Source of the DNA: a virus
Reading direction: 5' to 3' (one strand)
Length of the DNA stretch: 64,000 nucleotides
IMG/VR virus record: IMGVR_UViG_3300032323_001387
Coordinates: 32,001-96,000 of that record
Notes under the pieces: generated by a model
The model's input: only the letters and a program-made list of their open reading frames with translations
Database searches by the model: none
Told to the model about the DNA's origin: nothing
Program-made: the position numbers and the translations under genes
Shown: piece after piece, positions 1 to 10,276 of the stretch
How the letters are laid out: each line of letters begins with the position of its first letter
How positions within the stretch are numbered: the first letter of the stretch is position 1

Positions 1-437
1 TGCTGTGCTAGAAAAGCCATGCTCATTCCTATATTGATATTTCTTATATCTATGTCTCCGGCTTTTGGCTCTTTTAAATAGGAACCATCTGCATCAAGAT
101 GGCTGGGATGATTTACTATAGGAAGATTCTTTGATGCTTCCAAATATATAATCACTGTTGGCGCTGTCAATATACCAAGTTGATATTCTTTGGGCATCAC
201 TTTGCCCAGTGATTCGCTGTATTTAGATACCATAAAAAATATGTTATCTTGCAGCCACTCTTTATATTCTTGTTTTTCAACAAGGATTGGTATAAAATTT
301 CTATTAGAATTTTGTGCAGGGGCATAATTAACTGCATCAATGAGCAGACGACGTTGTTCTGCTGTTAATTTTTCATCTTTGAAAACTTTCGACGTGCGTC
401 TTGTTTTTAAAAAATTATTATACTCTTGTGGTGTCAT
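1..437 (-). CDS. Nitroreductase-family (FMN) protein, runs off the window; missing from the ORF track
   Basis: Manual translation MTPQEYNNFLKTRRTSKVFKDEK...AVNYAPAQNSNRNF...NINIGMSMAFLAQ has the RRSxRxF-like, APxxxN and G-x-x-x-x-x-L-A patterns; ATGA overlap with the upstream stop at 434-437. Confidence 0.75.
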   Translation of the reverse strand, partial: MTPQEYNNFLKTRRTSKVFKDEKLTAEQRRLLIDAVNYAPAQNSNRNFIPILVEKQEYKEWLQDNIFFMVSKYSESLGKVMPKEYQLGILTAPTVIIYLEASKNLPIVNHPSHLDADGSYLKEPKAGDIDIRNINIGMSMAFLAQ

Positions 438-1606
438 TTAAATTGCTCCTTGAATGCATCATATTTAGTTCCACACGTCTTAGCGCATACTGCCAACTTT
501 CCTTCTGCACAGCTGGGTTTATTCCAACTGTTGGGAATTATCTCCTGCATAAATTTACCTTCGACAACATCTTTAAGACTATGTTGTTTTAAATTGAGAG
601 AGTCCAAGCCTGCTTCATTTATAGCATTCCAAATTTGGCCGCCTTGTTCTTTCCAATACCATACATACATCTGTCCGGCGGTCCAACAACATGGTTGTAA
701 GTATCCTTCCGCTGTTACATAAATGCTTTTCTCTTCGGCAACCTTACATTTAATAGGCACAGTATCCCAATACTTTTCCATGGGCTTTTTTAATTCAGGA
801 TCAGTGGTAAATTTTTGACTGCCAACTTTTTCTTTAAGAACTTCTACTGTGGTTATTAATTCATAAGGGTCCGACTTTTGTCCTTTTGTTATATTTTCTA
901 AATTCTTAATAGCTGCGTTATGATATTTGGGATCATTAGGCATTGCCAATAAAGTCGTTGCAGATCCTTTGCGATTGCCTGCTTGATGCTCTTGCTTAAC
1001 TTCGCCACGAGTATTGCTAAAGAAACGATTGCTCTTTTTGATATTGAACTTTTCAAAGCCCATTTTAGCGGCCAATGCTTCTGCTTCTTCTACTTGATGT
1101 TCGTTGTGTGCAAATACAATATAGTCCCAACGTGCTCTGCCGCCGGCATCTATAAATGCCTGTGCGTTTTCCATTATCTTTTTCCAAACAGTGCCTTGGC
1201 GATACAAGTGATTAGTATCCTCTAGTCCGTCTACGCCAAAAATAACATAACCTCTTTTACCTATTACGCCGGCAAGTTCTGCCCACCACTCTGGCTTTTT
1301 CATACTGCCATTTGTATGCATACTAAGATTTAATTTTTCGTTATGTTCTCTAAAGTAAGCAAATGCTTCGAGTGTATCAGATGCCACGGCAGGATCACCA
1401 TAGTTGCCACACATGTACAATCGGTTTAGTTGTTTAATGAAGTCTACGGGAAATATCTTTTCAATGTCAGTGATACTGAGTTCGGCACCATGCAACAATG
1501 GGCTGACTTCTCCACCATTTAAATTCCTAGCGCACATAGGACAAGAAGCATTACAAGCTTCTGTCATTTCTAAATGCACAGTGGTAATATCACTGTAGTT
1601 ATACAT
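434..1606 (-). CDS. Radical SAM protein with C-terminal SPASM/twitch-like Cys motifs
   Basis: CNASCPMC (CxxxCxxC), GNYGDP, TNG, later KCK...PCCW...CAKTCG. Confidence 0.9.
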   Translation of the reverse strand: MYNYSDITTVHLEMTEACNASCPMCARNLNGGEVSPLLHGAELSITDIEKIFPVDFIKQLNRLYMCGNYGDPAVASDTLEAFAYFREHNEKLNLSMHTNGSMKKPEWWAELAGVIGKRGYVIFGVDGLEDTNHLYRQGTVWKKIMENAQAFIDAGGRARWDYIVFAHNEHQVEEAEALAAKMGFEKFNIKKSNRFFSNTRGEVKQEHQAGNRKGSATTLLAMPNDPKYHNAAIKNLENITKGQKSDPYELITTVEVLKEKVGSQKFTTDPELKKPMEKYWDTVPIKCKVAEEKSIYVTAEGYLQPCCWTAGQMYVWYWKEQGGQIWNAINEAGLDSLNLKQHSLKDVVEGKFMQEIIPNSWNKPSCAEGKLAVCAKTCGTKYDAFKEQFK

Positions 1607-2463
1607 TATTTTACTCCATAAAGCGCATACCTTTTATATTTAGGAAATGTAATTTCTCCGCGATAGTATGTAGTTGTCACTGGGTACTTTCTTAAAAAGT
1701 CAGGCAGTGTCTCGGAGTAATTAATATGTTCTTCAATAGGGTCGCTGTTATTTTCAATGAACACAGTTGTTCCTGGTTTAAGTTTATTAAACCATTCTGT
1801 GTCCATATGTTCACTGCTTGTGTTAATAACTAGATCAGGAACAAGAATTTTATCATAAAATGTTAAATTGTTATCATCGTCAAAACATTCATTGATAGGC
1901 TTATTTTCTACGTATGCATCTGGGTTAATGATGGCTATTAATTCATTGACATTAGAATCGGGATCAATGCTAAACAATTTATTGTAATTAATGTCTTTAA
2001 GGTATAGGCTATGATGAGTTAGCCAGCCCCCTATTAGCAACACGTTACTAAAGTTTAGATTAAATTTAGATAAAATTTCTGCCATCCATATTTTACTAAG
2101 AACCTGGCTCTTGGAAAAAATAGTGGGCAATACATCTTCGTAGCCTTCATCGACGATTTGAAATAACTTGTGAATAAATTCATCTTCTGGCCAAATAGAA
2201 TGTAATGTACCCACAATATCTCGTGTGGTAATCTCATCCTTAGAACAAACGTTTGTATAAAAATTCAAACGATCTTCTCTAAATGCCACTGGATATTTGT
2301 CGTAATCGTCGGATATTAAATTTTTAAGAGACCATGGCTTTGATTGCTGGTCTGCATATTTTAAATTTATAATATTTCGTATAAACTGTTTTTTTCTCAC
2401 GTCTTGAATGAAATGAAAATATTTTTCTATTCCAAAGAGCCATGTAATTTTATCTGTTTCCAT
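1606..2463 (-). CDS. Class I SAM-dependent methyltransferase-like protein
   Basis: VLLIGGW glycine loop, SIDPD acidic residue after beta2, DLVINTSSEHM. Confidence 0.55.
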   Translation of the reverse strand: METDKITWLFGIEKYFHFIQDVRKKQFIRNIINLKYADQQSKPWSLKNLISDDYDKYPVAFREDRLNFYTNVCSKDEITTRDIVGTLHSIWPEDEFIHKLFQIVDEGYEDVLPTIFSKSQVLSKIWMAEILSKFNLNFSNVLLIGGWLTHHSLYLKDINYNKLFSIDPDSNVNELIAIINPDAYVENKPINECFDDDNNLTFYDKILVPDLVINTSSEHMDTEWFNKLKPGTTVFIENNSDPIEEHINYSETLPDFLRKYPVTTTYYRGEITFPKYKRYALYGVK

Positions 2464-3181
2464 CTAATCCTACCCATTTACAAAATTTGTTATACAACCA
2501 ATCAAAATCATTTACTATCGTAAAGTCTGCATCTTTTGATCTTGCATATTGTTCGCCTTGCCTTGCACCATGTACAGCAAAATAACCGTACTGCGATTCT
2601 AATCCTGCATTCATCCACATATTAAGCCTATCGAGACTTTCTTGATCGTTGTTGTTTTTATTAATGCCTGTGCTTAATTTAACTGCTTCCCGAAATGCTG
2701 TACGCCAAGTACTGTATGGCGTATAGTTAAATCTATGTTCGCTGGCCAATATGTTTAACTTGATATATCCGTCTGCTAGACTAGTGGTCATGTCAGGTTT
2801 ATCTAATCTTTCTGCACTAAAGCAATCTTTGCTAAACAACTTGATGCCACCATGTCCATATACCAATCCGTTAATAGGATTCTTTGCGCGAAACACTGCT
2901 ACATATTTTGGTTTGAGTTCTATTTGCTTGTCAAAAGTAAACCCATCTACAATCCAGCAATCTGCGTCAACTACATAAAATCTATCACTGTTGCACAAAC
3001 TGGCAATGTTTTTATGGCTTTCAAATATTGTACCTATGCTAGCAACTGCTTCGGCCCATGGTGCAACTTTGAGTAGTCTTTGCCAGTTCTCATTGAGGTT
3101 AGCTTCGTCCGTGTAAAGAAAATATACAGGTGTTTCCATATTAGTATTTAGGTAATGTGAAGCCATATAATGGCAAAGCAC
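2450..3181 (-). CDS. GT-A-like glycosyltransferase, phage paralog family A
   Basis: FYVVDAD (DxD), NGLVYGHGGIKL and WRTAFREAVKL shared with three other ORFs in the window; true start may be the later METPVYF. Confidence 0.6.
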   Translation of the reverse strand: MLCHYMASHYLNTNMETPVYFLYTDEANLNENWQRLLKVAPWAEAVASIGTIFESHKNIASLCNSDRFYVVDADCWIVDGFTFDKQIELKPKYVAVFRAKNPINGLVYGHGGIKLFSKDCFSAERLDKPDMTTSLADGYIKLNILASEHRFNYTPYSTWRTAFREAVKLSTGINKNNNDQESLDRLNMWMNAGLESQYGYFAVHGARQGEQYARSKDADFTIVNDFDWLYNKFCKWVGLDGNR

Positions 3182-4172
3182 TTTGATTTAGCAGTGCAGG
3201 CCAGCCTAAGCCTTTACCTGGACTAATATGAACATGTTTAAACCAAATGCTTTGTTCAGCATCTAGTTCTGCCAACGGTAAACCCAGGCCATCTCTTAGA
3301 TCTGTTAACAATTTACGATTGTGACTTTCTAAATATTCGCCGTGTTCGAGAATCTGCGATTGTTGTTCCCAGAACTTATGAAACCAGTCATAGTCTGCAA
3401 TAACAGTATGGTCAAAATTTTCTATGTATAACTTATATGCAGCCAGTCTTGCGCCGTATATAACCCATGCACCGTTTTCAATGTCACGGCCAACAGTCAT
3501 CCATATTAGCCAACGAGCATAGTTAGCCGGATACATTTTATGTTTAAAATCATGTAACGGGACTTTGTTGCCTTGGTCCAAGCCCATTTTAATGCCTTCT
3601 CTAAAGCCTGCTCTAAACGCTTGCTTGGCACTAGAGTTATTGTGAACGACACCATAGGTATTATTCATTTGTTTATAGTTTTCGGGATCCCAACAAAAGT
3701 CTACATTATTTGTGCCATCTTCTGGATCTGCTGCTTCATGACTTCGCATGTTCATGACATGTTTAGTATACCACAGCTTAACGCCGCCATTGCCATAGAC
3801 TAGGCCGTTGACGACATTGCGACTACTCCAGCTTAGTGTAGCTTCGGCAATATCCGGAGTAAGCTCTACGCTTTTTGTCCATATACTTTTATCTATTTTA
3901 CAGTCTGCATCTACTGTAAAGAATCTAGGAGCATTGGCGATTCGACCAGCTTCTTTGTGTGCTGCATCAAAGCCTTTAACACCATGTACTCTATATACTT
4001 TTTCTGCGTTGGGATGATGGTCTAATAGAAACTGATAGTTTTCATCTGCGTTTGGTTCGTCGTAGCTTAAAAAGACCACAGGAATATCTTTTAATTTTAA
4101 TATAGCGTTTTGCTGTGTTTCTTTCTTAACAGCAGTTTTAATTTTATTATCCAGTGAATTTAGTAAACTCAT
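3141..4172 (-). CDS. GT-A-like glycosyltransferase, family A
   Basis: VFLSYDEPNADEN, RVHGVKG, VDAD, NGLVYGNGGVKLW, RAGFREG. Confidence 0.6.
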   Translation of the reverse strand: MSLLNSLDNKIKTAVKKETQQNAILKLKDIPVVFLSYDEPNADENYQFLLDHHPNAEKVYRVHGVKGFDAAHKEAGRIANAPRFFTVDADCKIDKSIWTKSVELTPDIAEATLSWSSRNVVNGLVYGNGGVKLWYTKHVMNMRSHEAADPEDGTNNVDFCWDPENYKQMNNTYGVVHNNSSAKQAFRAGFREGIKMGLDQGNKVPLHDFKHKMYPANYARWLIWMTVGRDIENGAWVIYGARLAAYKLYIENFDHTVIADYDWFHKFWEQQSQILEHGEYLESHNRKLLTDLRDGLGLPLAELDAEQSIWFKHVHISPGKGLGWPALLNQSALPLYGFTLPKY

Positions 4173-4893
4173 TTTTCATCCATTCTAAATCATTAATAAC
4201 ACGCAAAGCTTCTGGATTCTCTGCATTTTGCAATCCATAATCTCGCCCTTGTTTTGCACCTGCTATTGCGTATTTGCCAAAAGGGCGTTTTGCACCTTTA
4301 GTAGTCCAAATTTTCAATCGCTGATTGCTTTCTTCTACAACACGATCTATAGCTTCGTCGTCATAGTTTAATTTATGACGCAATTCTTCATTAGTTAAGT
4401 TAGTGGCAAGTTTAACACATTCGCGAAAGGCACTGCGCCATGTACTGAACTCGTCGTAGTTAAATTTAGTGACGTTGCTTATTTGATCGAATACTTTGAT
4501 ACTTAATCCAAATCCAGTTGTGAAGTCAACAGTATCTGGATTCTTAGACAATAAAGAGTGCTTAGGTAGCAGTTTAACACCACCATGCCCATATGTCAAA
4601 TCGTTTATTGGATTAACGCTGTTCCATAAACAAAGGCATTCACTTTCAGGTATCCCCCACCAAGTATTGTACTTACTGGGAGTAAAGAAAAATTCAAAGT
4701 CTCTTACTATAATAGCATCGCTGTCTACTACATAAAAATTATTGGTAAGACTACGACGGGCACATTCTTGATGTGCCGCCGTAAAACCTTTTATACCATT
4801 TACACGCCTTGCATGTGGAACTTTCTCTAATAGAAGTTCGTAATTTTCATCAGCGTAGGGTTCATTATAACTTAAAAAGAAAACATCTAGCAT
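4147..4893 (-). CDS. GT-A-like glycosyltransferase, family A
   Basis: FFLSYNEPYADEN, VDSD, YGHGGVKL, WRSAFREC. Confidence 0.6.
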   Translation of the reverse strand: MLDVFFLSYNEPYADENYELLLEKVPHARRVNGIKGFTAAHQECARRSLTNNFYVVDSDAIIVRDFEFFFTPSKYNTWWGIPESECLCLWNSVNPINDLTYGHGGVKLLPKHSLLSKNPDTVDFTTGFGLSIKVFDQISNVTKFNYDEFSTWRSAFRECVKLATNLTNEELRHKLNYDDEAIDRVVEESNQRLKIWTTKGAKRPFGKYAIAGAKQGRDYGLQNAENPEALRVINDLEWMKNEFTKFTG

Positions 4894-4917
4894 TATACGA
4901 GTATTTAATATTTTTAC

Positions 4918-6390
4918 TCATGATAATACAGGCACATTGTATTTCTTATAAAAGTCTTTGGCATGCTTTATATTATTGACCATTGGCTGGCCTTTGATGT
5001 TTAAGCTAGTGTTCAATAACATTGGACAGCCAGTTTCACTGTACCAATTTTCTAATAGCTTACGGAAGCCAGGGCTATCATTTTTACTCACTGTTTGCAC
5101 ACGACTTGTTCCGTCTTTGTGTATAATAGCAGGGAATTCATCGGGGCGAGTACAGCGAGCAACGAATTGCATATACGGACTAGTATCAATATTTTTAGGC
5201 ATATCGAAATAGTCATGCACATGTTCTTCTAAGATTGCTGGTGCAAAGGGTCTGAACTTTTGTCTACGTTTGATTGCGTTGACTGTGTCTTTGATTTCCG
5301 GTCCGCGGGGGTCAGCTAATAAACTGCGATGACCTAAAGCCCTGGGACCAAATTCTGCTCGGCCACTAGCCACGCCCACAATCTTGTTTGTTTTAAGCAT
5401 GTCAATAGTTTGGTCAACTGGATATTTCCTTCCCATGTTAGTGCCTAGGTAAGCGCCAGGCCATTTAACTTGTTCCCCAAAGTAAGCAGCCACTGCGCCT
5501 ACACTACTACCCGCATCTCCTGGATTTGGCATAATCCACACATTGTCCCAGTCTCCTGTGATCTCACTGTTAGCAACACAATTAAGAGCACAGCCTCCCA
5601 TTAGTATAAGATTGTTACTGGGTAGTTTGGAATTAGCCCACATACTCAACTGTTGTAACAGTTCTGTGTATATCTGTTGTGTGGCGGCAGCGATATCATA
5701 TGTATCTTGTAAGCTGACTAAATCCAAGCGCCAGTCTGGACAACCCCTATGTAGATTACGTTTGAATTTGATTTCGGGTGCACGAATAGTTTTAAAGAAA
5801 TCATTGTAGATGTCTGCTTTGTATTTGTCGGGGTCACCATAAGCAGCCATGCCCATCAAAATGTATTCTTCTTCGTTGGGTTTCAATCCACAACGTTGTG
5901 TCATAGCAGAGAACCATATACCAATACTATTGGGATAACTTTGACTGTAAACTTTCTTTAAGTCATTGCCTTCACCCTGCCATATTGTTAGACATTCAAA
6001 TTCACCGATGCTATCAATAACGATAACAGTGGCATCTTTATAGCCACTGGTATAATATCCTGCAGCTGCATGACTTTCATGATGCTTACCAAATACAACA
6101 GGCTTGTCTAAATTGTATTTAGATAGGTACTGTTTGATGTTGTTTTCTTTACCACGATAGCCTTGGCCAGCATATAGCTGACGCACGGTTTTAAGCCACG
6201 GCTTTTCATACCAAACAATTAAATCTGGTTCTCCGTACTTTTTTGCGTCTGCTATAATGCCTTCACATAAATCGCCATCGTTTTTAATTCCCGAATAGCG
6301 TTCACTGTGTCCAGCAAATTGTAGTTCTTTATCGTGCCAAACACTTATGGCAGCATCATGGCTGTTGGCACTAATTCCCCAAATGTTCAT
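4918..6390 (-). CDS. O-carbamoyltransferase (NodU/CmcH/TobZ family)
   Basis: HDAA, ERYS, HHESHA, GGCALNCVAN, PGDAG, EFGPRALGHRSLL, KRRQKFRPFAP, LNTSLN. Confidence 0.95.
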   Translation of the reverse strand: MNIWGISANSHDAAISVWHDKELQFAGHSERYSGIKNDGDLCEGIIADAKKYGEPDLIVWYEKPWLKTVRQLYAGQGYRGKENNIKQYLSKYNLDKPVVFGKHHESHAAAGYYTSGYKDATVIVIDSIGEFECLTIWQGEGNDLKKVYSQSYPNSIGIWFSAMTQRCGLKPNEEEYILMGMAAYGDPDKYKADIYNDFFKTIRAPEIKFKRNLHRGCPDWRLDLVSLQDTYDIAAATQQIYTELLQQLSMWANSKLPSNNLILMGGCALNCVANSEITGDWDNVWIMPNPGDAGSSVGAVAAYFGEQVKWPGAYLGTNMGRKYPVDQTIDMLKTNKIVGVASGRAEFGPRALGHRSLLADPRGPEIKDTVNAIKRRQKFRPFAPAILEEHVHDYFDMPKNIDTSPYMQFVARCTRPDEFPAIIHKDGTSRVQTVSKNDSPGFRKLLENWYSETGCPMLLNTSLNIKGQPMVNNIKHAKDFYKKYNVPVLS

Positions 6391-6524
6391 TTGTAAATAA
6401 AAGGATCTCGTTTGCGTAGTTCTTCTAAACGCTTTTTAAGTTGTTCTTCGTAGTCTAACTCTTCCTGTGTTTTTTGTTTTTCTTCTTCTACAGGTTGTTG
6501 TGGTTGTTGATCGTTGTTTTCCAT
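6387..6524 (-). CDS. 45-aa peptide ending KKRLEELRKRDPFIYK, coupled to the carbamoyltransferase; below the track size cut-off
   Basis: ATG at 6524, TGA at 6387-6389 overlapping the carbamoyltransferase ATG (ATGA); TATAAATA 5 nt upstream. Confidence 0.8.
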   Translation of the reverse strand: MENNDQQPQQPVEEEKQKTQEELDYEEQLKKRLEELRKRDPFIYK

Positions 6525-6529
6525 AATGA

Positions 6530-6537
6530 TATTTATA
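6530..6537 (-). promoter_or_regulatory. T4-type late promoter TATAAATA
   Basis: Exact gp55 consensus in a short intergenic gap; a gp55-like gene is present in the window. Confidence 0.7.
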
Positions 6538-6539
6538 AC

Positions 6540-7082
6540 TTAGTTAATGTAATATAGCTCAGGATACTCCACTAATACATGAATACCTTTTTCTTCTGTA
6601 GCTGTTTTATAAGCATTAGCAATATCAGCAGGCGTTTTTAAATCATAAAATTTGGTGTGCGGGCATAGGCTTTTGAATTCTTCAAAATAGCTACCTTTGT
6701 GTTGATGGCCGGGGTCTAAAGGTTTGTCGCTGCCTTTACCCAAACGTATTAAAACATGTGCTTGTTTGCCTGTCATTGCTTGGAATTTATCTAAGTGATT
6801 GACCAATTGATTAGTTGCACTGATAACAAAATCCCATCTTGGATAAAAACTAACAACAGTTTTACCAGCCATAGCCATTCCCAGACTCATACCCATTTGT
6901 GTTTCTTCCATGACGGGAAGTTCAATCATTTTATCCTTAGGCACATTACCCAATGTAGTGCTCATTGGATTACCCGAGTAAACAATTTGTTGTCCAATGA
7001 AAAGTATATCGTCCTTAGCTGCCAATACCGTCATTGCATCAGTTAGTGCATCTTTGTATGGGCTCATTTGTGGTGCTGTCAT
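6540..7082 (-). CDS. ThDP-dependent enzyme beta subunit (E1-beta/transketolase pyrimidine-binding domain only)
   Basis: IELPVMEETQMGMSLGMAMAG, ATNQLVN, GHQH; lacks the usual C-terminal domain. Confidence 0.8.
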   Translation of the reverse strand: MTAPQMSPYKDALTDAMTVLAAKDDILFIGQQIVYSGNPMSTTLGNVPKDKMIELPVMEETQMGMSLGMAMAGKTVVSFYPRWDFVISATNQLVNHLDKFQAMTGKQAHVLIRLGKGSDKPLDPGHQHKGSYFEEFKSLCPHTKFYDLKTPADIANAYKTATEEKGIHVLVEYPELYYIN

Positions 7083-7083
7083 T

Positions 7084-7938
7084 TTAAATTTCTCTTTCTA
7101 AATGTTGTATTATGTTATCTGCTATTACGCGATGACATAATTTTGAAGGATGCATATCTTGCGGAGTTACATCAAACTCGTCGGTATCTCTGTATATAGT
7201 AAGTTCGGGATTTACTATTTTTTGATCTATTTTAGTTTCCATCATATGTTCCATACTAGGATACTGAATACCTTTATAGTCAAATTTAATCATTCTATTT
7301 CTTAGCCAATCATCTTGTTCTATGTAATCTACAAGATCTGCTGGCCAAGTCATTACATAAACTTTAATGCCTTTGTCTGTAAATGTTTTTAAAAACTCTT
7401 TGACCTCTTGCAGCTCTTTTCTTATGGCTTGCTCAATATATTGATCCACAGTTAAATTGTTTTCAATCAACCATTTTGCAATTTCATGATTAGCTAGGAT
7501 ATCGGAGTGAGTAGAGGGATATGGTTTGCCTAGTCGAGTTGGACTATGTGCTCTATGCCATTGAGTGAATTGATAAAAAACATGACTTATATCTTCGTAG
7601 TTAAACGTAGGCGGAGTCACGGGATGATTGCCTTTGTTTTTTTCGGGATTGTCTTTGCTCATAAAGCATCTCTGCCACCAATCATGTATGCTGTAACTGG
7701 CTCCACCGTTCCAAGGTTGGCAAAGTTCATATGTATTAAAATGATTTGCTACAAGCCTTGGAAATCTCAGAGACTTCATATACTCGATATGTGTATCTTT
7801 AACATAATCTGCTTGATAGTGATTAGCTGGTGGTTCTACAAGTGTGGGCATGTTTGAATAATAATACAAACCTTGCCCCCACGTAAAACTACATCCAGCA
7901 AAGATCATTCCCCTAGTAACGGGACTTTGACTTTTCAT
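7084..7938 (-). CDS. SGNH/GDSL-like hydrolase or acyltransferase
   Basis: N-terminal AGCSFTWG, C-terminal DMHP. Confidence 0.6.
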   Translation of the reverse strand: MKSQSPVTRGMIFAGCSFTWGQGLYYYSNMPTLVEPPANHYQADYVKDTHIEYMKSLRFPRLVANHFNTYELCQPWNGGASYSIHDWWQRCFMSKDNPEKNKGNHPVTPPTFNYEDISHVFYQFTQWHRAHSPTRLGKPYPSTHSDILANHEIAKWLIENNLTVDQYIEQAIRKELQEVKEFLKTFTDKGIKVYVMTWPADLVDYIEQDDWLRNRMIKFDYKGIQYPSMEHMMETKIDQKIVNPELTIYRDTDEFDVTPQDMHPSKLCHRVIADNIIQHLEREI

Positions 7939-8354
7939 TTATTTTTATTAGGCCAACTAATTTCCCAGTCTTTAAAGTCTGCTGCCAAGCAGTCTACTTT
8001 ATAGTCTTTACGTCCGCCAACACTTTCTTGAATTACGTTCTTAGCAGTATTACGAATACCATTTAAGCCGTGTGTAAGCTCTAGGTTGTTGCCATCTTTA
8101 ATACCACGACGATAATTACTTTCATTGTGCCAAATATGTAAATTCATTTGACTGACCACAACAATAGCACGGATAACATCTGCTGTAACTACTACATCTT
8201 TTTCTTCTAGTATTAGTTGAATATCATGTACAATGGCAGCAATTTCTTCACTGTATTCTTGTTTATGTTCGGGAATAAAAACTTCCTTGAGTTGAACAAT
8301 GCTCAAACGATCAACCAAATCACCTAGTGTATGCAAGTATTTTCTCTCAGTCAT
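7935..8354 (-). CDS. Hypothetical helical protein within the sugar module
   Basis: Coupled ORF; TLGDLVDRLSIVQLK resembles small proteins seen in glycan loci; function unknown. Confidence 0.6.
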   Translation of the reverse strand: MTERKYLHTLGDLVDRLSIVQLKEVFIPEHKQEYSEEIAAIVHDIQLILEEKDVVVTADVIRAIVVVSQMNLHIWHNESNYRRGIKDGNNLELTHGLNGIRNTAKNVIQESVGGRKDYKVDCLAADFKDWEISWPNKNK

Positions 8355-9286
8355 AAATTTGTAAAATTTCTATTGTTAAAAGGGATAGTCATTTGGTACG
8401 CAGATATCAATTGCTTAATACCATAGTCCAAATCAAACATTGGCTTCCATCCCAAACTTTCTAACTTAGCGTTAGAAACTATGTAATTGCGTTTGTCGAA
8501 GTCTTGTTTAAATTCGTCTTGCTTAATTACCAATGCAGGAATTTGTTCTTTGATCTTTTCAGCTAGTTCTAACTTACTTAGATTAGCAGAACTTAAACCA
8601 ACATTATAAACTTGGCCGCGGCACTTGTCATAATTATCAATCATGAATTCAAATGTTCTAGCAATGTCCTGTACGTGAATGTAATTGCGTTTGAAGTTTG
8701 CTTCAAACAATACCATGTATCCATCTACTACTGCTTTGTAAACAAAATCGTTGACCAACAAGTCCTGCCTCATTCTTGGACTTACTCCGAATACAGTAGC
8801 AAGTCTTAGAATAACACCATTGCCTTTTTTAAGCACATAATCTTCGGCATCGCATTTAGTCTGTGCGTACAAGCTTAATGGCTTAAACGGACTTTCTTCT
8901 GTGATAATCTCTTCACTACTGCCATATTGACTGTTAGTATTAGGCAATATCAGCTTTTGGTCATCTCGCAATACATCAACTACATTTTTAATTTGTTCGT
9001 AGTTTACTTGTACTGTCAGATCTGGATTTGCTTTACACGCTGGCATGCCAACAATAGCAGCCAATGGAATAACAACATCAGCTAAGCCGACTTGCTCAGT
9101 AAGTAAATCCTTATCCCTAACATCGCCTGCAATGAAGTGAAATTTAGGCTGTTTGAAAAGATGCAGCAAACTTGTTTGCTTGTACATAAGGTTATCTAAT
9201 ACAGTAACCTCATGTCCTTTAAACAATAAATGTTCTGCTAGTGTGCTGCCAAGATAACCAGCTCCGCCTGTGATTAAAATTTTCAT
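8351..9286 (-). CDS. NAD-dependent NDP-sugar epimerase/dehydratase (extended SDR)
   Basis: TGGAGYLG, YAQTK (YxxxK), RLATVFG, RNYIHVQD. Confidence 0.92.
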   Translation of the reverse strand: MKILITGGAGYLGSTLAEHLLFKGHEVTVLDNLMYKQTSLLHLFKQPKFHFIAGDVRDKDLLTEQVGLADVVIPLAAIVGMPACKANPDLTVQVNYEQIKNVVDVLRDDQKLILPNTNSQYGSSEEIITEESPFKPLSLYAQTKCDAEDYVLKKGNGVILRLATVFGVSPRMRQDLLVNDFVYKAVVDGYMVLFEANFKRNYIHVQDIARTFEFMIDNYDKCRGQVYNVGLSSANLSKLELAEKIKEQIPALVIKQDEFKQDFDKRNYIVSNAKLESLGWKPMFDLDYGIKQLISAYQMTIPFNNRNFTNL

Positions 9287-10275
9287 GGTTTGCTATTTGG
9301 ATCGTATTGGTCTTTGTTCATTTTGTACCAGCGAAGTGTGTTCTTCAATGCTTCACGTAGTTCATATTTTGGCTTCCAGCCTAGAGCATTGATCTTTTCA
9401 GAACTTAATAGTCTAACTGAAATCATAAACGCTTTGTTGTTAACGTACTCGATTGGATTTTCATTGTCATCAATCTCTTTAAGCATTTGTAGAACTTCAT
9501 TGACAGTAAAGCCATAGCCATAGCATACATTATATACATCATACTTGTTGACATTTTCTGCAACGAACACAATACCTTCTGCCATGTCTTCAACGTGCAA
9601 CAAGTCGCGGACGTCATTACCGTCACCCCACACAGGAATAGGATTTAAGCCATCTGCAATCTTACGAATGCTTGCAGGAGTAACGTGACACTTTTCATAG
9701 TCAAATTTATCATTTGGACCAAATGCATTACTAGGACGAATGATAACACATTGCATTGGATTGTGAATTTGGTTACTGAAGAAGTCACACAATGCTTCGC
9801 TGTAACGCTTCATTCCGCCCACTGCTTTGTACACAGGGATTAGAGGACTTGCGTTAATATCGATACCTTCATGGCAATAGTCGTTGCCCATGTCAGGATA
9901 CACTGTATTAGAGCTAATGAAGATAAACTTCTTAACACCATTACGCCAGCTTTGTTCCATCAAATTGGTATTCATTTCAATGTTTGGTGTTACGTGTAGT
10001 AATGGATTAAACTTAGTGTCTAAGGCATTACTTGTGTTGGCCGCACAGTGAATAACAACATCAACATCTTTGCTTACTTTTTCGCAGAACGCTGCTGTGC
10101 GTAAATCGCCATGGTGATTCTCTACTGTTTCCCATCCGTAAAAGTCTTTACGTAGGGTTCTGCTATAAGTTGTACTGCGTACATTCTTATAGCCTTTTTC
10201 AAATAAGGTTCTTAAAATATGACTGCCAATAAATCCAGAGGCGCCAGTAACTAAAATTCTGTCTGTTTTTTGCAT
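9283..10275 (-). CDS. NDP-sugar epimerase/reductase-like SDR with atypical active site
   Basis: TGASGFIG, ISSNTVYP, RPSNAFGPND, WGDG..RDLLHVED; VGGMK instead of YxxxK; start taken as MQKTDR. Confidence 0.85.
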   Translation of the reverse strand: MQKTDRILVTGASGFIGSHILRTLFEKGYKNVRSTTYSRTLRKDFYGWETVENHHGDLRTAAFCEKVSKDVDVVIHCAANTSNALDTKFNPLLHVTPNIEMNTNLMEQSWRNGVKKFIFISSNTVYPDMGNDYCHEGIDINASPLIPVYKAVGGMKRYSEALCDFFSNQIHNPMQCVIIRPSNAFGPNDKFDYEKCHVTPASIRKIADGLNPIPVWGDGNDVRDLLHVEDMAEGIVFVAENVNKYDVYNVCYGYGFTVNEVLQMLKEIDDNENPIEYVNNKAFMISVRLLSSEKINALGWKPKYELREALKNTLRWYKMNKDQYDPNSKP

Positions 10276-10276
10276 T

